The position numbers and the translations under genes are program-made. Positions 62,801 through 64,000 of a stretch of 64,000 nucleotides of DNA are shown piece after piece. The stretch is from Paramecium tetraurelia (Eukaryota). The notes under the pieces were generated by a model that saw only the letters and a program-made list of their open reading frames with translations, did no database searches and was not told the origin of the DNA. Location: NCBI GenBank assembly GCA_000165425.1, contig CT868045.1:1-64000 (forward strand). Direction: 5' to 3'. How positions within the stretch are numbered: the first letter of the stretch is position 1; each line of letters starts with the position of its first letter.

Positions 62801-64000
62801 AGTATATAGAGTACAATCAGCCTGAATGTTTGTACATGCATTCTTAGCTCTATTGACACTGCAATAATTATTTGAGGATTGTAGACATTTTTCATAGGTT
62901 AAACTTGAAGTAGCATCAGTCTTCAATTGACAATTCTTTTCTGAAGCTATGGCTACAGGTTTACATACTGAACCTGTCCAAATACAATAATGATCATTCT
63001 TAGTGTAATAGCAACTGTCACTTGATGCAGCACTGCATGTATTAAGCATGCTAACACAACCAGTTCCTGTTCTATTCACAGTACAAGAGTAATCATATTC
63101 TTAGCAAGCTTCAAAAGAGATGGTACCACCAGCATAACTTGTGCATAGACCACTACCACAGGTCTTAGTAGTTCCTGATACAACTATGATGCAAAAGTCT
63201 CGTTTGCTAGAACAATCAGTATTTACTGTGGGATTAAGAATGGCACCGCAATCAACGTGAGTATAAAGACAGTCTGTTCCTTTAACTACGCAATCCCCCT
63301 CTTTAGAATATTTGCATTAAGATAGATCTGTAGTGTATTCAGAACAGAAATCCTTCTTTGTAATGCATCTATTTTAACTGAGATTCAAAGTACATCCCGT
63401 GATCCTCTCACAATCCACTTTTGTGGTGTATAGATAGTCAGTGCATATTTTGTTGATGCATCCATTTGAGAAGTTATTCACCTTACACCTTTACAACACA
63501 GCACTACAATTAGCATCATTGTAGGTTGTCAATCGAATGTCACTGCAATTTATCTATTGGAGTTCTTGGCATTGATCTTAGAGCCAAATACACTAGACTT
63601 AATTGACTGTTGAGTGACATTGATATTCATACTTGTATTCTATACAATTGTTCAGTTTCTTGACACATCCTTGTTGATTCACTTTGCTCAACACTGTGCA
63701 TTGAGAATTCAACTATTGACATTTCTCGTAAGTATCATAATTACTATTATCTGTTGAATCACTACATCCAGATTCTCTACAGAGTAACCCTGTCCATATA
63801 CACTACCCTCCAGTCTGATTTAACTTACATTATTCTGCAATAGTGTACTGAGAGCACCTTTGAATGTTGATACATCCATTTGAACTACTATTTACTGTAC
63901 ATTAATTGTACAGATTATTGCAATCCAAATGAGTACTACCAACCAGATTAGAACATATCTTTTCTTTGCATTGTCCTCCTGTCCATATACAATCATTTTG
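59804..64000 (-). CDS. Paramecium surface-antigen-like cysteine-repeat protein, 3' part (5' end outside window), GPI-type C-terminus
   Basis: Periodic Cys repeats with CxW motifs and C..AP...(H/Y)..C units, Thr-rich stalk, hydrophobic tail FAQNLELIIMFLIMVY-TGA (59804-59806). Confidence 0.9.

Overview
This is the left end of a ciliate macronuclear chromosome, almost certainly Paramecium (aurelia-type). Evidence: a C4A2/C3A3-like telomere at 1-41, very AT-rich DNA, genetic code 6 (TAA/TAG = Gln, TGA the only stop), and tiny 20-30 nt GT-AG introns. The supplied standard-code ORF track therefore fragments every real gene, and all genes below were re-translated by hand. The first ~7.9 kb next to the telomere holds only decayed genes. 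A very compact gene array follows: an acylated AGC kinase; APC11; a ~2,780-aa protein combining a pseudokinase, many EF-hands, a Q/N/Y prion-like tract and a C-terminal nephrocystin-1 (NPHP1)-like domain; a degenerate TGS1-like protein placed head-to-head with it; PP4R3/SMEK; a ULK-like kinase; a coiled-coil protein; a GDA1/CD39 apyrase; a putative ciliate-family protein; three adjacent hybrid histidine kinases; an HSF-type factor; HYDIN (14.3 kb, with local frameshifts and a GC-AG intron); and the 3' part of a Cys-rich GPI-type surface-antigen gene. The most interesting items are the NPHP1-domain Ca2+-sensor fusion and the histidine-kinase cluster, whose receiver domains share a four-Cys motif. 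Family assignments come from recalled motifs, not database searches.
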